DNA of 62,651 nucleotides, filler included, from Rhabdomonas costata (GCA_019059605.1; 37 parts of 37 records of this genome joined end to end with filler, not necessarily neighbours in it), one strand, 5' to 3'; shown: positions 46,871 through 60,857, numbered from the whole stretch's first letter. The notes: generated from the sequence alone by a model not told the origin. A program made the numbers and translations.

Positions 46871-49800
46871 CTGTCCCACCGATTAGTTAGCTGCGGCCGC
46901 CGCGGGGAACATAATAACTTAAGGACCACTGAAGGTGGGCCTTAAAAAAACGATGAAAGACATGACAACATTGCCGGAATCGGTCTTCGTGCAGCGGAAC
47001 TAAACGGTTACTCCGCGTTTCGCAGCCGCAAGATGGGCGGGAACCGTGTACTTCTTCGGGTTGGGCAGAGAGGAAGGCCTCATGGCGGCGTGCTAATTCC
47101 CATTTTTGGTTAAATTTCGCGCCCCAGTGTTGGCCCTATGGGAGGAGCGAGCATAGAGGATTGTATGTGCGTTTTCCTCTAAACCTGGGATCCGCTGGCA
47201 GCCTGTGTGAGCCGGCACCCCGCGGCACCTGACAGTGCTAAAGGACCCCCCGTGCGCCCATAGGCTGCGCTCGTCTTGAATAGGACTTCTGTTGTTTTCC
47301 TTTTCTTTCCCGTTTTCCCCTTCTCCTCCGTCTTTTTCTTTCGCGCACAAACATATACAAACGTATACACTGTCCCAGTCACCCACAACNNNNNNNNNNN
47401 NNNNNNNNNNNNNNNNNNNNNNNNNNNNNNNNNTTAATTAATTAANNNNNNNNNNNNNNNNNNNNNNNNNNNNNNNNNNNNNNNNNNNNTTGTGTGAGTC
47501 TCTTTAGGCCACGGTAGTGTGAAGGTCAATCCACTTCTGCCGGAGCCAGCGCCAGCCCTCATTTCCAGGGTGCCTGTTGGTGTGGCGTCCCATTCAAGGG
47601 GATCGCTCTTTTGCGGTAGCAACATCACTTACTCGAAGCAAGGCACCGAGCAAGGCAATCCACTCACTTCACCGCTTTGTTAGCATCGTCTTTGGCTGAG
47701 AATTCAGGTGTTTTCCTCTGTCCCACCTTTCCTCTCTCTTTTCCACTCTCCCACGGAAGAAACTTTTCGTTCTAACTCGGAATTCTGGGCTGCCGCTGCT
47801 CAGCTTCTGTCCCATGATTTTCACGATGAAAACACACACCGCCACAAAGGCTCTGGTTGGCAGAATCAGAACGAGCAGAAGTTCTCGGACGTTTCAGATT
47901 CATTCTAGGTTGCGCGGGACCGAATCGACGCGCGTCCCGTTCGCGACCGGGTTCGCCTTTAGAGGCAAGTTGAGCCTCTTCATTGTGTTTGGTGTTTGGC
48001 TGAGGCCGAACACGCTCCTTGGGCTCCACTTGCCTGCTGCTGCAATTCTACTTGGGAATTTTTGGGCTTGGTTTGTTAGCAGGCCCCCTCCTCTTCATAG
48101 TGGCGATAACAAATCTCGCGAAAATTTTTTTTACAGCGATCGAGCTCCCGGACTTGCAAAAACTAACTCGACCCGTCGCCGAAAATGTCTAAAAAAATTT
48201 ATATCACCGCTACAAACATTTGGAAAATTCTCCCCATTCCCCCACATAACCCCTATAAAATGTTTTCAACGCTGTAATTTTTTTATAGAGGGTGCGGTCT
48301 CCGTGCTGAGGGCGGGGTCTCCGTGCGAGTACTGTGGGGAACCTCTCGATGTATTCGTGACTCACGTCGCATGTCGCCACGCTGGTCTCTGGGGTCGCCA
48401 CAACGCGTCACGCGACTCGACAACAGCTCAGTTGTACAGAGAGGAAAAAACACAGGCAAAAGTGGAACAGAACGGGCACCGGAAGAGGGCAAAGGAAGGA
48501 AGCACAAGGTACCGAGGTACCGAGACAGCCACATAGAGAAAAAAATTTACAAAGGACAAGTGGGAGAGCGAGCGAGTGAGAGAGAGAGAGAAAGGAAGCA
48601 GAGGAAAACGGCAAGAAGCGACACCGATGGGAGGCCGAGCCCCCGTTCCGGGAACGGTAATGCCGGAACAAACCCTTAAGAAAGGCCTCCGCGTCTGGCT
48701 CCCAGCCCAAAGTATTTCCCACCACAGCCGCATGCAGGGCTACCCCTTCTACGCCCGGCCTCTCGCCATGGCGGATCCGGGCAAACTGAAGTTGGCCGCA
48801 AGTTGCAGCTCTCTCCAGGAAACGTTCGAAGTTCCTCTCCCGGTTGGAATTAGACTTGAGATGATCAGCCCGTTTGTAAAGCTGCTCTGGACCACCACCC
48901 GCCGAAGGGCGACTTTCTGCTTGCTTGGGATCCCCAGGAGCTCCAGCGGGATCTGGCCGTTGGCCAGGGCGTTGACTAGCTTTGCTTTAAAGCTGAGCGT
49001 CTTGCACCGCAGCGGGACCGCATTGCAGTTCTCGGAATTACAGGAGGCGGAAAGTAGGGGCAAGACGCTCAGCTTCAAACCAAAANNNNNNNNNNNNNNN
49101 NNNNNNNNNNNNNNNNNNNNNNNNNNNNNTTAATTAATTAANNNNNNNNNNNNNNNNNNNNNNNNNNNNNNNNNNNNNNNNNNNNAAGTCTCGCGCCAAG
49201 GCCCGGGCGAGAAAAACCGACGGCCGTGGCGAAAGCCGGTAGTCGGCGATTGGCGTCCATGCAATAAACGAGGCCGCGCCAACGCCGATTGGCTGCGACG
49301 CTGTGGCCGTGGGCTTTGGTGCCGGAGCTGCTGGTTTGCATCAGCTTTCTCGGCCCGGAGGGGAGAAGTGCCAATTTTGCCCGTGCCCCGGCAACCCAGC
49401 ATTTCGGCGAGCGCTTCAACGGGGCATTGAGGAACGGCGTGCTCTTTCCGACCCGGGAATTTGGGCCAACGGCCGCTTGAACGAATTTTCCCGGTCGTGT
49501 TTCCCGTAAAAATCCCTTTCGATGCGGAACAACCAGGGCAGGACACAACCGAAGTCACTGGTTATGGCGATGTTGGGCCACCTAGTCATCGCCTTTTTGG
49601 CTGCGAAAGAAGTCGGGGAGAGAATACCGAAAACCCGACGCCAAGGGTGGGATCCTGAACCCCTGATTTGGAGCGTAAGTAAATGAAATGCGATGAAGCC
49701 CGGTGGGAGCGGTTCCGTAACGGGAGTGTACTTAATATAATCCGGGCATATTAAGTAATATGAGGTTGATGATGAATGGGACACGGGCTGGTGACGCTAG

Positions 49801-51608
49801 CCTGTATCTGCATCTGAGCTGCGCTCTTTCCCAGCAGGCAGCGTCCCGCTCTTCAGTGGTCAAGCAATTGTTCAACGGAGTAAGACAGAGCGAACCCACG
49901 AATCGATATATCGGCGAAACTTTGTTGGAATTGGAAGAATAGTGGGAGTTGAAAAATCGGTTTTCAAGAGGCTTCTCCTCTCGCCTGTTACATTTGAGGT
50001 GACGCCTCTGTCAAGAGACACGCTGTTTTCCATAGGCCTTCCCAAACAGCTTTAATATTTTCCGCTGTTGTTAAACCTAAAAATTGGGCGACAACTTCGA
50101 TGTTTCTTGAGTGCAAGCGGCTTTTCACGACATACGAGACAAGGGCACAGGGTAGGCAGTGACCACAAAAAAAGGCACTGCGCGGAAGCATCCCAAAACC
50201 GCGCAAAATAAGGTGAGGGGCAATATGATGAAAAAATGAGGGCCTAACCCGGCAACAACGTTAAACAGCTGCCAGAAGAAAGGTGGCCAGCATATGGCAT
50301 TCATCTCGCAGACTGCTTCCAGTCCTTGGGAAGCCATGGAAAGTTTTCATAAACGTCTCGACATCAGGGGACTCACAGCAGCCGACATAAAAGAAGTATG
50401 CACAACCCCGCAAGTAAAAAAAGGGGGAAAGTGAGTCTGGGACAAAGGAGGAGCAGAGATGGCGGAAACAAAGGCGTATGCTACTACTTCGATGAGCCCT
50501 CTCCACTCCTGTCACCAGCCCTCTTTCACACCAAAGCAGATCACATAGGTAACGAGCCCTGCTCCAACCGACACATGGACAAGGACAGCAAAAGGACGGG
50601 GGAATGGCTCTGGGGTTGGCCTTCCCAATGCCTCTGCGTAGAGAAACTTGGGGAAAGATGTCACCAGCAGCGCCGCACATTCGCAGCGAGGATGGGCCTC
50701 AAACCACACTTTCCAACTGAAACCACACGGCACATCCAAAAAAACAGAGACAGGGCTCAGGCTCAGACAAGAGCGTTGCTGNNNNNNNNNNNNNNNNNNN
50801 NNNNNNNNNNNNNNNNNNNNNNNNNTTAATTAATTAANNNNNNNNNNNNNNNNNNNNNNNNNNNNNNNNNNNNNNNNNNNNGTTGGGTTGGGTTTAGCAA
50901 AACCGGAAACAATAACCTCCGGGAATAGGATCACCACGCATCCTTGCACTCTGCTTCGTTTTCGACAGGAACGACAACATTACTCCGTTTATCACCCTCT
51001 TGTTCCACAAGCAGAGTGCAAGGATGCGTGGTGATCCTATTCCCGGAGGTTATTGTTTCCGGTTTTGCTAAACCCTGCCCAACCTTAGCTCGTTAGGTTC
51101 CTGCTCCATGCGAGTATTTTCACGTTTTGTTTGTGATGATATCATCATGCCACACTATGTCACCAGTGTGCAGAAGAAATCACTCGCCCATTCACAGAAC
51201 TACGAAAAATATCTCATCGATAACCAATGGAGACGATTTGTATGAGGACGGGGGCATCAGCGGTGTAGCGGTGCGAAGCGGCGCGTTTTACTGCACCCGA
51301 TGTCGAATGCGCACGTTAGACGCAAACTAGTCAGGGGCGTCCAGGGCGACAGGGGATGATGCCGAGTCAATAACGCGTGCGGAGCAAGAGGCTGGGCCTG
51401 GTACGTGTGATCGAGCGTTCGAAACTGTCCACGTAACAGATGATATTTTAATTGTGGTGAATGAACAAACCTCAGGTCACTTTTTGACGATGCCATTTTT
51501 CGAGGGCGGGGGCTGGACAAAACAGTGACATACTAACATTTCGACATATGATGGGAATGAGTTCCAGCTGCGGGATTTGAAGCTTGGAGAAACGGAAACC
51601 TTGTATGC

Positions 51609-52265
51609 CCTGCCTCAATGACGGCTGCCGCGGTGTAGCCCAATGAGCAGGCCAGGCAGGCGTCCAGCTCCGAGGGGTGGCAGCAGCGACCCTCGTAGCC
51701 GTAAAAGTGCGTGTAGTATCCAAACCTCCCGAAGAAATACCCTATAATGTCATATAACAACCGCAGCACACAACTTAGCAATCGCGGAAGCACAGCATCC
51801 CCAATCTCTGTTTGCTTCGGAGAATGGAAGAAACGCTTTCAGAGAGTTCCTTCCTGATTTCAGGGAGCAGTGAAGTTCTGTCTGAAAAAGAGAAATGGGG
51901 ATTAGGAAGTGACATCGGGGGTGGGGGGTGCGGACAATGTTGTTACATTGAACTCGGGAATGCAGCAAAAATGCAATGGAAAACATGGTACGGTAGGATT
52001 GCTCAAGTTTCTTGTGTCAGGGTGTCCATGCGTTCCGTGAGAGTGTGCGAAACTATCTCTCTGCCTCTGCTCTGCTCTGCTCTCTGCATTAGGGACGCAC
52101 ATATAACAATTAATTTTGTATCCCATGGATCCACATGAATCAGGGAAACGGTACGACATTGCATCTATATCTCCCCACGTCCACACCATCTTCCTTCCGG
52201 CGGGCAAGCTCCTGCTCGCACAGCTGAGCCACATATTTCTCGACCTGCAGGTTGGTGAGGTCCAG
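51609..52265 (-). CDS. PFP: Pyrophosphate-dependent phosphofructokinase (PFP, long clade), exons 52265-52187 and 51741-~51609
   Basis: LDLTNLQVEKYVAQLCEQELARRKED|GYFFGRFGYYTHFYGYEGRCCHPSELDACLACSLGYTAAAVIEAG follows the PFP pattern IETEK.L...V..EL..RK..G.Y.G.F....HFFGYEGRC..P..FD..Y...LG..A. Confidence 0.88.
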
Positions 52266-54530
52266 CTGAGATAAACGCAAACGCGGCAGATGGGCAGCAA
52301 ACGACACTTCGAGCACAAACTCTTGATGTGATTAAAGGCCACCAAAACTATGGAAAAGGAGCTGAAAACAGGACTGCAGGCTTATTGTGCAAGATGAGCT
52401 CTTCCTCCCTTGATACGCGCTTCAACCCCGGGTGCCCGATTTAAGATGAGGCACTTCACTTTGGGATAAAAAGTACANNNNNNNNNNNNNNNNNNNNNNN
52501 NNNNNNNNNNNNNNNNNNNNNTTAATTAATTAANNNNNNNNNNNNNNNNNNNNNNNNNNNNNNNNNNNNNNNNNNNNTTTTGTTAGGTTTTTGTTGTTTT
52601 TGGTCAGCTCAAATGTGTTTTTCTCTTGTGGCGCTTCTACCGCTGTGTCTCGAGGCTTCATCTGTCCAAAGGACGACCATTTTTGTAAATGCGGAGCGTA
52701 AACCTTCACAGAAGGGCGATGCAACGGTTTTGACTCAAACTCCTGATGATAAGCTAGTGCGGTAACCTCCACCTAAAAGCTGCCAGAACGCGAAAAGTTA
52801 AAGTGATGAAGAAAATTGAATTAAAAAACTTAAGGAGGTACTCGACGAATACGTGCCCTGGGGGCCATCTGGAATTCAGAAGACCGCTTTAGTTTTGCAC
52901 TGGGCTGATGTGGCCATGAGAGCGCATTCACGATTCTAATGACAAATTGGAGAGTCGAGGCAACAAGACCTGAAAAACCAATCCTGGGGGGTTGCTTTCC
53001 CTGGCAAACCTACATTGCCGATATATGCCAATCGGCGATGATCAAATGTGTTGGATCGCCTTGGACCAGGACATTTTTATTTACGAGAGGAAGGACGGAT
53101 TGCGCCTGCGAAATGACTGCAATGCATTTTACTGTGTACAATTTGAAAGTCCAAATCAAAACACATGCATAATTCTGGACATGCATGTTTCGAACTTCGA
53201 GAAGGTTTTCGATCTGCGAGTTCCAATCATTTGCTCCGGAGGTGGCACGCAGGCAGCTGGGTGCACACCTTCGGCCCCTCTTCCAGCCAGATACGCTAAA
53301 AAGCTGCTTACATCGCGGAGTTCGTTAAATCGCTTTGCAGCCGTTGTTTTAATAGTCTAATGGGACGCAACCATTGCAGCCCTCCTTTCTACAGTTTACA
53401 GGACAAACATGTCTCTCAGTCCACTGCCCCTTTCGTGTCCCATGAACGGAAAAGGCATGCAAGGAGCTGTGCTTGCTCCCGCACCACCATGCCCCACGGT
53501 GCAGCACATGAAGAAATGTCCCCAAAAGGCAAACGCTTGGCAAAGGATAGCACTAGGTTCATAGGCTCTACTATCAGCGACATGGACATGGAGGTTGCAG
53601 CGCGGAATGTCAGAGAGGTGAAGCAGCACGACAGACGCTTCAGTGGCAAGAGCAAAGAACCTCCATTGGACCCACCGGCACGCTGCCTGAACAGAAGCTA
53701 ACATCGCCGGCCCCCTCCAGAGAACAGTAAAGGCGCTACAGTGAGGCCTCACCCTGCCGAGGACGCAATGACGGAGAAGAAAACTACGTAGAATCACTAG
53801 AAAGTATGCAGTGGGGAGGGAGCACGCGAAGAAGTAGTCCATCGTCATCCAAAGCGGTCTCCCTTTGGATTCAGGCTGGGGATCGGCCTTAATAAGGGGT
53901 TCGGGCAGTACGTTCTGAGGGGTACAGCTGCCCGCTGGGCCTGGACAACGTGGTGATTCCCTAAATAGGAAAGAGGCAAGGAAACTTCCCTCTTCACAGT
54001 GCCCAGAGGACCTAGGGCCCGAAGCAGAGGAGAGAGCTCCTTTGGCATACGAAGGGTCCCGCTCGCTCAAAGCAGCCTTGTCTGTTATTCGGTTTGCGTC
54101 ATTTTTCAAGGCTGAAAAAGGGCGCCAGGTTTCATAATTCCGTTTCCGCTACTTACAGCTCCACCAAAACANNNNNNNNNNNNNNNNNNNNNNNNNNNNN
54201 NNNNNNNNNNNNNNNTTAATTAATTAANNNNNNNNNNNNNNNNNNNNNNNNNNNNNNNNNNNNNNNNNNNNTGTTGGGTGTGTTGGGCATATGACTGCGG
54301 TTTTTGAGGTGTGCCTTGCGAACTTGTGCACTGCGTCTTTTTGTTCCCATTTCCTGTCCTGTCGCTGCTGCTGTCTGAGTGATACGGGTTCCTGAATTGC
54401 GAAGTGATCCCAGGAAGGCGGGGCGAAAGTTCAGGAGTCATTTTCGGACCTATCATATTGGAGCTGATGCTTGGCGGTACTGAACTCAATTACTTCTCCT
54501 GTGTATCCCTTCTCCAATTGTTTCCGCTTA

Positions 54531-55814
54531 GCGTGGTCCTGCCAGCCGTCCTGCATGCATGCCTCCTGTGCTGCCTGCTGTCAATATCCTGCCCTGGAGA
54601 ACTTTGCTGACTCTCAGAGTCTTTCTACTTTCGCGTCGCCGTTCTTCCACCCCATCTATTCGTTTCCGCCTTTGCTTTCACTTCCCATTTCTCTATTTCT
54701 TCTGTTTCCTTCTTCCCCACCCTCTACCCTCTGCTACAATATCTGCTGCAACGTGCCACGGGTATTTCCTATTGTGGTGTCCAGAGAAAAGCGAAAGGAA
54801 GCTTTTGTGAGCCAGTGGGGCAGCTCGTGCTGCTGGTGGTGTTGGGCGCGGCCCTGGGGCAGTGCGGGTGGCTGCCCCCGGCCGTGGCAGTGGGATTGGC
54901 TCGGCTGGTCACCGCTGCGCTGTTCCCGTGCCTGCTGCTCAGCAGGCTGGTGCTTGGGCTCTCGCCTAAGCTCACCCCATTGGTCGCCCCAGTGCTGGCC
55001 TGCTCCCTGCTCACTACCGTCACAGGTTCCCCACAGCCCTCCCTCACACCCATCTACCAACACCATTTCATACGCTGGGCGCCTCTTTCCGTCTTTCCAA
55101 CAAAAGCCGAGAACCCCGCACGAAACTGGCGTCAGTTTGGCCTTTTCCCACCGACCGGCCGCCCCATGGACGGTCCTTAAAGGCTCCTCCAGAGTCACGT
55201 TCATAAACCGGTTGGATTTTGTACCCGTGGTTTTTGTGCGCGTCCGCCTTTCACAATCAACGGCTGAGGTGGATGCGTCCACATGGTCCGGTACTTTTTT
55301 GCTTTCTGCTGCAAGATGGGAAAGAACGAAAGGGCTACATGGTGCACTCAGTCCGCGCCACCCCCCATGACCCAAATGCTTTCAGAGAACCAAGGCCTTT
55401 GCCAAACAAAACAACAAAAAGAAGTAATAACCTTTGCAACTGTTCATCGCCCATATTACCTCCCTGAAGTTGTAACCTGTGATGCTGTGAAAATATATTT
55501 TCCTCAGAAGCTTCTTCTTCGGTTTTGTGCTTTTTAATTTTTTTTTGTGCTTGATGGAGGACTTGGGGAAAGGACCGTGACCGGTTACAAGTCCTCCCCC
55601 ACAGTCTGGAATCAAGCATCTTGAACTTAGCTGCAGATTCCAGTGCCTTTTGTCACACCGGATCCGGATAGAATTGTTCCGATGCCCATGATTACTCAGA
55701 TAAGCACTGACCCACACTCCGTTTGGAAGGGCGGGGAGGGGGGGGACTTTTATAGCGGCGGCTTTTGGGCATCTTGTTCGCCACACGGAGGGCTTCTCCG
55801 AGGCCTTTGGGCAG
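54531..55814 (+). CDS. Auxin-efflux-carrier/PILS (Mem_trans) family membrane transporter, N-terminal exons (~54531-54556, 54812-55025, 55756-55814)
   Basis: AVLH|PVGQLVLLVVLGAALGQCGWLPPAVAVGLARLVTAALFPCLLLSRL fits the family start (A..PV..V.L....G..LA..G.L......L..L.....PCL+FS.L). Confidence 0.7.
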
Positions 55815-57412
55815 GTGGCTGTGCTGAGCTGCAGCTACCGAAGCTGCAGCTCAGCACACCCACAACNNNNNNNNNNNNNNNNNNNNNNNNNNNNNNNNNN
55901 NNNNNNNNNNTTAATTAATTAANNNNNNNNNNNNNNNNNNNNNNNNNNNNNNNNNNNNNNNNNNNNTGTGTTTGGGGGTTGGGTGTCTCTGAGAAGGGCG
56001 AAGTGGCAATGGCGGGAAATTGAGGGAGCACTAGGAAACAAGGAACTCTGATGTTTTCACGTCTTCTGGGTCATTTTTGAATAGAAAGCGCTTTGCACCG
56101 CACTGCAATTGCCGAGAGTTTACGGGTCGTTGGGAGTCTTGCTTCACGCCGGCTGAGCCCACCAACCCACTTGATCAAGTGTTTGACCAAGGCCTCGACT
56201 GATCTGGTTCTCCATTGGAGGTAACTACTGGGCCCCTACGTCACCGTTTTCCTGGCCTGCACCAAGTGCCACAAACTAGTAGCCTATGGGAAGTTGTCAC
56301 CCAGTGCGCAGCCATCGCCAATCCTCACGTGGGCCGACATGCTGAAGGCAGACACACATCCAACTCGAAATGTCATGCAACACGACCAACCCGAATCCAC
56401 GTCGGGGTGCAGGCAAAAAAATCGTATATATGATTCAAGAACTGGTTCGAGCCACACTGCGGTAAAATTTGCCCGGGTCCGCCGTCTCATTGAGAAATAA
56501 TAAAAAATAACCCATTCTCCTTCATAATTATTCCAAAAGCCCATAGTGGGACAGGCCTCTTTCCTGAGAGCGAAGCAGCACGGCAGCACACAAAATGCAC
56601 CCTTGGTGCATCACGCCGCCACATCTGGAATTGTGGCAGAAGCACCACAAATGCCCACCAACGGCGCATATCAACGTACGTATGTGTGTGGTATGTAGAT
56701 GTACTCGTAAAGGAAGGCGCACCCCCTAAAGATACAAACGCAGCACGGTCACCCGCAAGGGCTGCCGTCCGAGATGGACAAGCGAACCCAAACCTGATAC
56801 ACAGACTAACAGAAACAACAGAAACGGCGGGCAGGTGGGGCACCCTAACAACGATGATGGAAGTCACAACACAACAACACAGAAGAAATGCATACCAAAA
56901 CCCCTGCACACCGCGGAAAAGTACAAGGCGCTCGGAGAAATGGCGTCAAGCGAGCAAAACAAGTGGAAGCAAGATTCTCCCGAGACAAAGGAATTAGGTC
57001 GTACAGAACAACAGCTGCGGGGAAGAGACCAGCCAAGGGCTGACCTTCCGAGCTTCCCCGTGGCCCACCACGTCGTCTTTGGGTGCCTTCACTCTTCATA
57101 AATCCCTGCAACCTCGGCTCAGAAACTCAAGAAGCGATGTCAAAACGCCCCCCACCCCGTTCCGTAGGGCTTCGTCAGGACAATCCGTGAGGATCACCAG
57201 AGGTCAAACCACGCACCCATACGCACTTGCAGGCACAAAAACAGACGAAGCCCAAGGGCAAGGAGGGTGCAGGCATAACACGACGTGCACTCTGCTCGCC
57301 AAGAAATCAGACGAGAAAAAAGAGGGACGAGGTTAGTTGCAAGCCGCACCTGTGATCTGATATTAAATCACCGTTCCGGCCACGGAATCCAAGGCAAGGA
57401 ATCCAAGAACTG

Positions 57413-57467
57413 CGACTACGACTACGACTACGACTACGACTACGACTACGACTGCGACTACGACTAC
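57413..57467. repeat. (CGACTA)n hexamer repeat; reads (Ser-Arg)n on the minus strand
   Basis: Direct reading; see finding on a possible RS-domain exon. Confidence 0.95.
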
Positions 57468-60400
57468 CTCTACCACTACCTAAGCGAAAATCTAAAACGG
57501 GGGAGGCGGCGCCCAACAGGTATCTCAGCGACATACCAATTGGAAACGAGAACAACCCACCACANNNNNNNNNNNNNNNNNNNNNNNNNNNNNNNNNNNN
57601 NNNNNNNNTTAATTAATTAANNNNNNNNNNNNNNNNNNNNNNNNNNNNNNNNNNNNNNNNNNNNGGGCAAAGGCCAGCGACACGCGGCAGCAACGGTTCG
57701 CCTGGGGGGTTTTAGTTGTTGTTACCACTGGTTACCCTTGGCGGTGGTAACTGTTCCTCCTCCCCCCCCCCAATGTCAATTGCACCGACAACACAACAGC
57801 GTCAGTGATGTCAGCAATGAAATGTAAGGACTGACATAAAATCAGTCTCTTTACATCTCCATTTGGTACCTCCATCCTGTAAGGATGTGTTTGAACGTCC
57901 CTCTCATCGTGGCGAATGCTGCTTTGTGGCCGAGGGGAAGTAAGGGTTCTGTGGTGAATGGATTGGTTGGTGTCCCACGTCTGGTTTGTCACAGCTCTGA
58001 GGGGAACGACCACGTCGGCTAACAGCTAGCGGGCAGCGCACGCGCGCGCCGTGTCTTTGTCTAGACGTGCCCCACTCTGTGCCTTTGACTTTTTTCTTGC
58101 GCCCCCTCACACACATTCCATGCTGTCGGCGATGCGCTGAACCTCTTTCCCTTCTCACTCACAGAGTGAGACTGAAAGGGAGTGGGCGGTCGAGAAAGGG
58201 AGAGAATAAGGAGAGAATAAAGTACTAGCGTATGGTCGCACAGTCCGGCTGGCTGGCGGAGTGTGTTGAAAGGGGGCCGAACTTCACCCACCGGGTGGAT
58301 TTCGACTTCCCAATCTGTGAGCGCGTCTGTTTTTTTATTGCTACTCACGTTCTGATTGCGACTGATGCATATGGCGTTTTTCTCTGTGGTTGTGTGGATG
58401 CCCCGCGAAGAAGGTAGCCTGGCGTGGCGACGGGGTTGGGCCAGCCGCCCCGGGTGGAAAGAGACTCCCGTTTGCCCTTTTGTGGTGCTTGTTGCACCTG
58501 CATTTGTGGGCGGGCGTGTGCGGTGTGCGGTTGGTTGTGCACCTGTGTGTCTCAAACTTGACTGCGATGTTGCTGTGTGCGCGTGGTTGTGCGTGTACCG
58601 TGGACCCTTACGCGGTTGCGTGAGGACGTATCCTGACCCCTGCTTTTCTTCATGGGAAGATTGGGAACAGACGCCTGTCCCAGATTGCACCATCCTTGTG
58701 AGAGAAGAAACGAGGGGAGTACAAACCCGCGCCGTTCTCATTCATCCTAATCTCAATACTCGGTTCACGTTTCTGCATATCTGCGGATGATCACTGTCAG
58801 GTTGGGGTTTATTGCTGAGCAGGGCCTCCTGAACGCAGCACCAGACGCCGGGTCGGTGGTCCAGTGCGTGTATGGTTCCCCATCGTATGCCTGTCCACGT
58901 GCAACCTTTTCTCAAGGATGCTCGTGTTTCCGGATCCTGTGCTCGGTCACCATCTCAAATGCAGCGGTCGCTCAGTGAAGAGTGGCAGTGGCACGTATAT
59001 ACTAAACAGCGGAAGTTCAGAGCGCATAGGCGAGAGCGGGGGAGAGAGGGACGTGTCCCCACCTGCCAAGAGGAGCATAAACGCACTGAGACCCGCAAAC
59101 GGAGGTGATGCGCACTCGCGCACTGGAGCATCGCCCGTTCCTAGGATGCGTTTCGTTGCATCGGATCCTCCCCCGCCCCGGTGCGTGCCCCCGTCAGTCC
59201 ACAGAGCTCACCAACAGTCATTCAGGCAACCAGCGCGCTATACGCGTAATACACAACAACNNNNNNNNNNNNNNNNNNNNNNNNNNNNNNNNNNNNNNNN
59301 NNNNTTAATTAATTAANNNNNNNNNNNNNNNNNNNNNNNNNNNNNNNNNNNNNNNNNNNNTTGTTCTGTGTCATCGATATCTACGTTTTTGGTTCGAGCA
59401 TTTTTTGAGCCTTTTCGCATGTCAGATGTTTGCTCCCCGCAAATCGGAAAGGGAAAGAACAAAAGAGCAACAAAACTTGGTGAAGGGCGGGGGCGGATGA
59501 CTGGACCCACAGCGTTTCGAGAGGCGTATTGAAGAGAGAAAACATCCTGGGCCGCTTGGGCTTCGCTTGCTCTCTCAGTATGGATTCTTTTGTTTGACAC
59601 TCCAGACAGTTTTCATTTCTGCCGGTTCGTCTTCTCTGCAGTACAGGATACCACTTCGAACCACAGCCGAGACTTCGGCGCGGTTGGCTTGTGCTATCTT
59701 AGCACAGATGAGCCTTGCTCTCATGGGCGCAACTGTGATAGTCCCGATCTCCGCTCGATCAAATTACACCTCACCGCGTTTCCCAATCCCGCTGCTGTTG
59801 CTGTCAGGTGGCCTACCGCGCATTTCCGGGTTTTTCAGGTTCATGCCGCAAACCTTGTTTGCGGGCGAGTATGCCGCCAACATGGACCGCCTGGGCTCTG
59901 TGGGCTCCTTCTGCAGGCAGCGGTGTGTGAGCGGTTTGTTGCCGTCTTGGATTAGGAGCTTCCGTATTTCTGCAATTGCAGATTGCAAATTCTGAGGTTG
60001 CGTCTGGGCATCATCAGGTTTCTACGGAGCCCTGTTTTTATACAAACTAGCAACAGCGTTTTGCAATATTTTGGCGTGGAGAGAGACGTTCCATTTCTGA
60101 AGGGAAGATGGGCAGAGCGACCTTGCTCACTTGCTCGATTGTCGCGGAAGTTACTACGGTGTGGGTTTTAGAGGTGGTTCGGGGTAGGAATGGTGAAATG
60201 AGTGGAGATTCTCATCACCGTGGGTTTGCAGGCGAGGGTGTCGCGTCTCCAGAGGGCTGTTCCTGTTCTTCGGGACGACGGACCGCCAGCTTTGACTCCA
60301 GCAAGCAGGCGGCGTGCGGTGCATCTGTCTTTTCTCTTCCCTCTGGGGGCCTCCGTTGAGAGTTGGGACAATGATGGAGCACATGCTGGAACTTTGGAAA

Positions 60401-60509
60401 TTTTGGAAGTGACCCATGTGCAAACATCGGCCAACAGTGTGTTCCGGTCGTTTGAAATGCAGTGCACTGCAAAATGCGCACCCCCCTCGTTTTGGTGGGT
60501 GGGGGATAG

Positions 60510-60857
60510 AAATGAGCCAGTGGTGGACTCGGCTCCTTCTCCCGCGGCGTTGCCTCCTTGGGCTGCAACGCCCGTGCCGCCGCCGGTGCAGCAGCGGCAG
60601 CCTTTTCCCAGTGTTTATGGAGGCCCTCACCTTGCGTCCGGGATGTCGGTCTTGGCCGGGCCACCCTCCCCAAGGGCGAGGGTGGCGGGTGACAGGATGG
60701 GCCCAAACGGGAGCGTTCTGGAGCTGCGGCAGTTGATCGCACAGTGGAAGCATGCCGCGATGCTAGAGGAGGCCCTCTGCGACACCGCCGAGGCGCGCTT
60801 GCTTTGGGACTTTGGGATTCGGGGGGCATTAAATACCACGTGCTTGCTATCCACATG
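60510..60857 (+). CDS. Pro-rich hypothetical protein exon (3' end uncertain; smaller candidate exons upstream at about 59642, 59839 and 60232)
   Basis: GC-rich frame NEPVVDSAPSPAALPPW...VLELRQLIAQWKHAAMLEEALCDTAEARLLW. Confidence 0.55.

Noticed and set aside
48680..49078. Minus-strand ORFs (LVNALANGQIP... / NRERNFERFLERAA...), superficially CRE/SLACS RT-like
   Set aside because: Two frames are equally open, the expected RPIAIG-type motif is missing, and the contig end is a fold-back
49767..49818. Box C/D snoRNA (TGATGA...CTGA)
   Set aside because: Short, no clear internal D'/C' boxes or recognisable rRNA guide; expected by chance
53360..54109. DIRS-like RT/RNase H remnant (STRFIGSTISDMDMEV)
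   Set aside because: Similarity too weak, with no YxDD or DAS motifs
54471..55375. Longest ORFs in the track (299 aa +, 213 aa -; likewise 37868-38695 - and 7415-8122 -)
   Set aside because: Off-frame or antisense shadows of GC-rich exons reading into introns; the real frames are annotated separately
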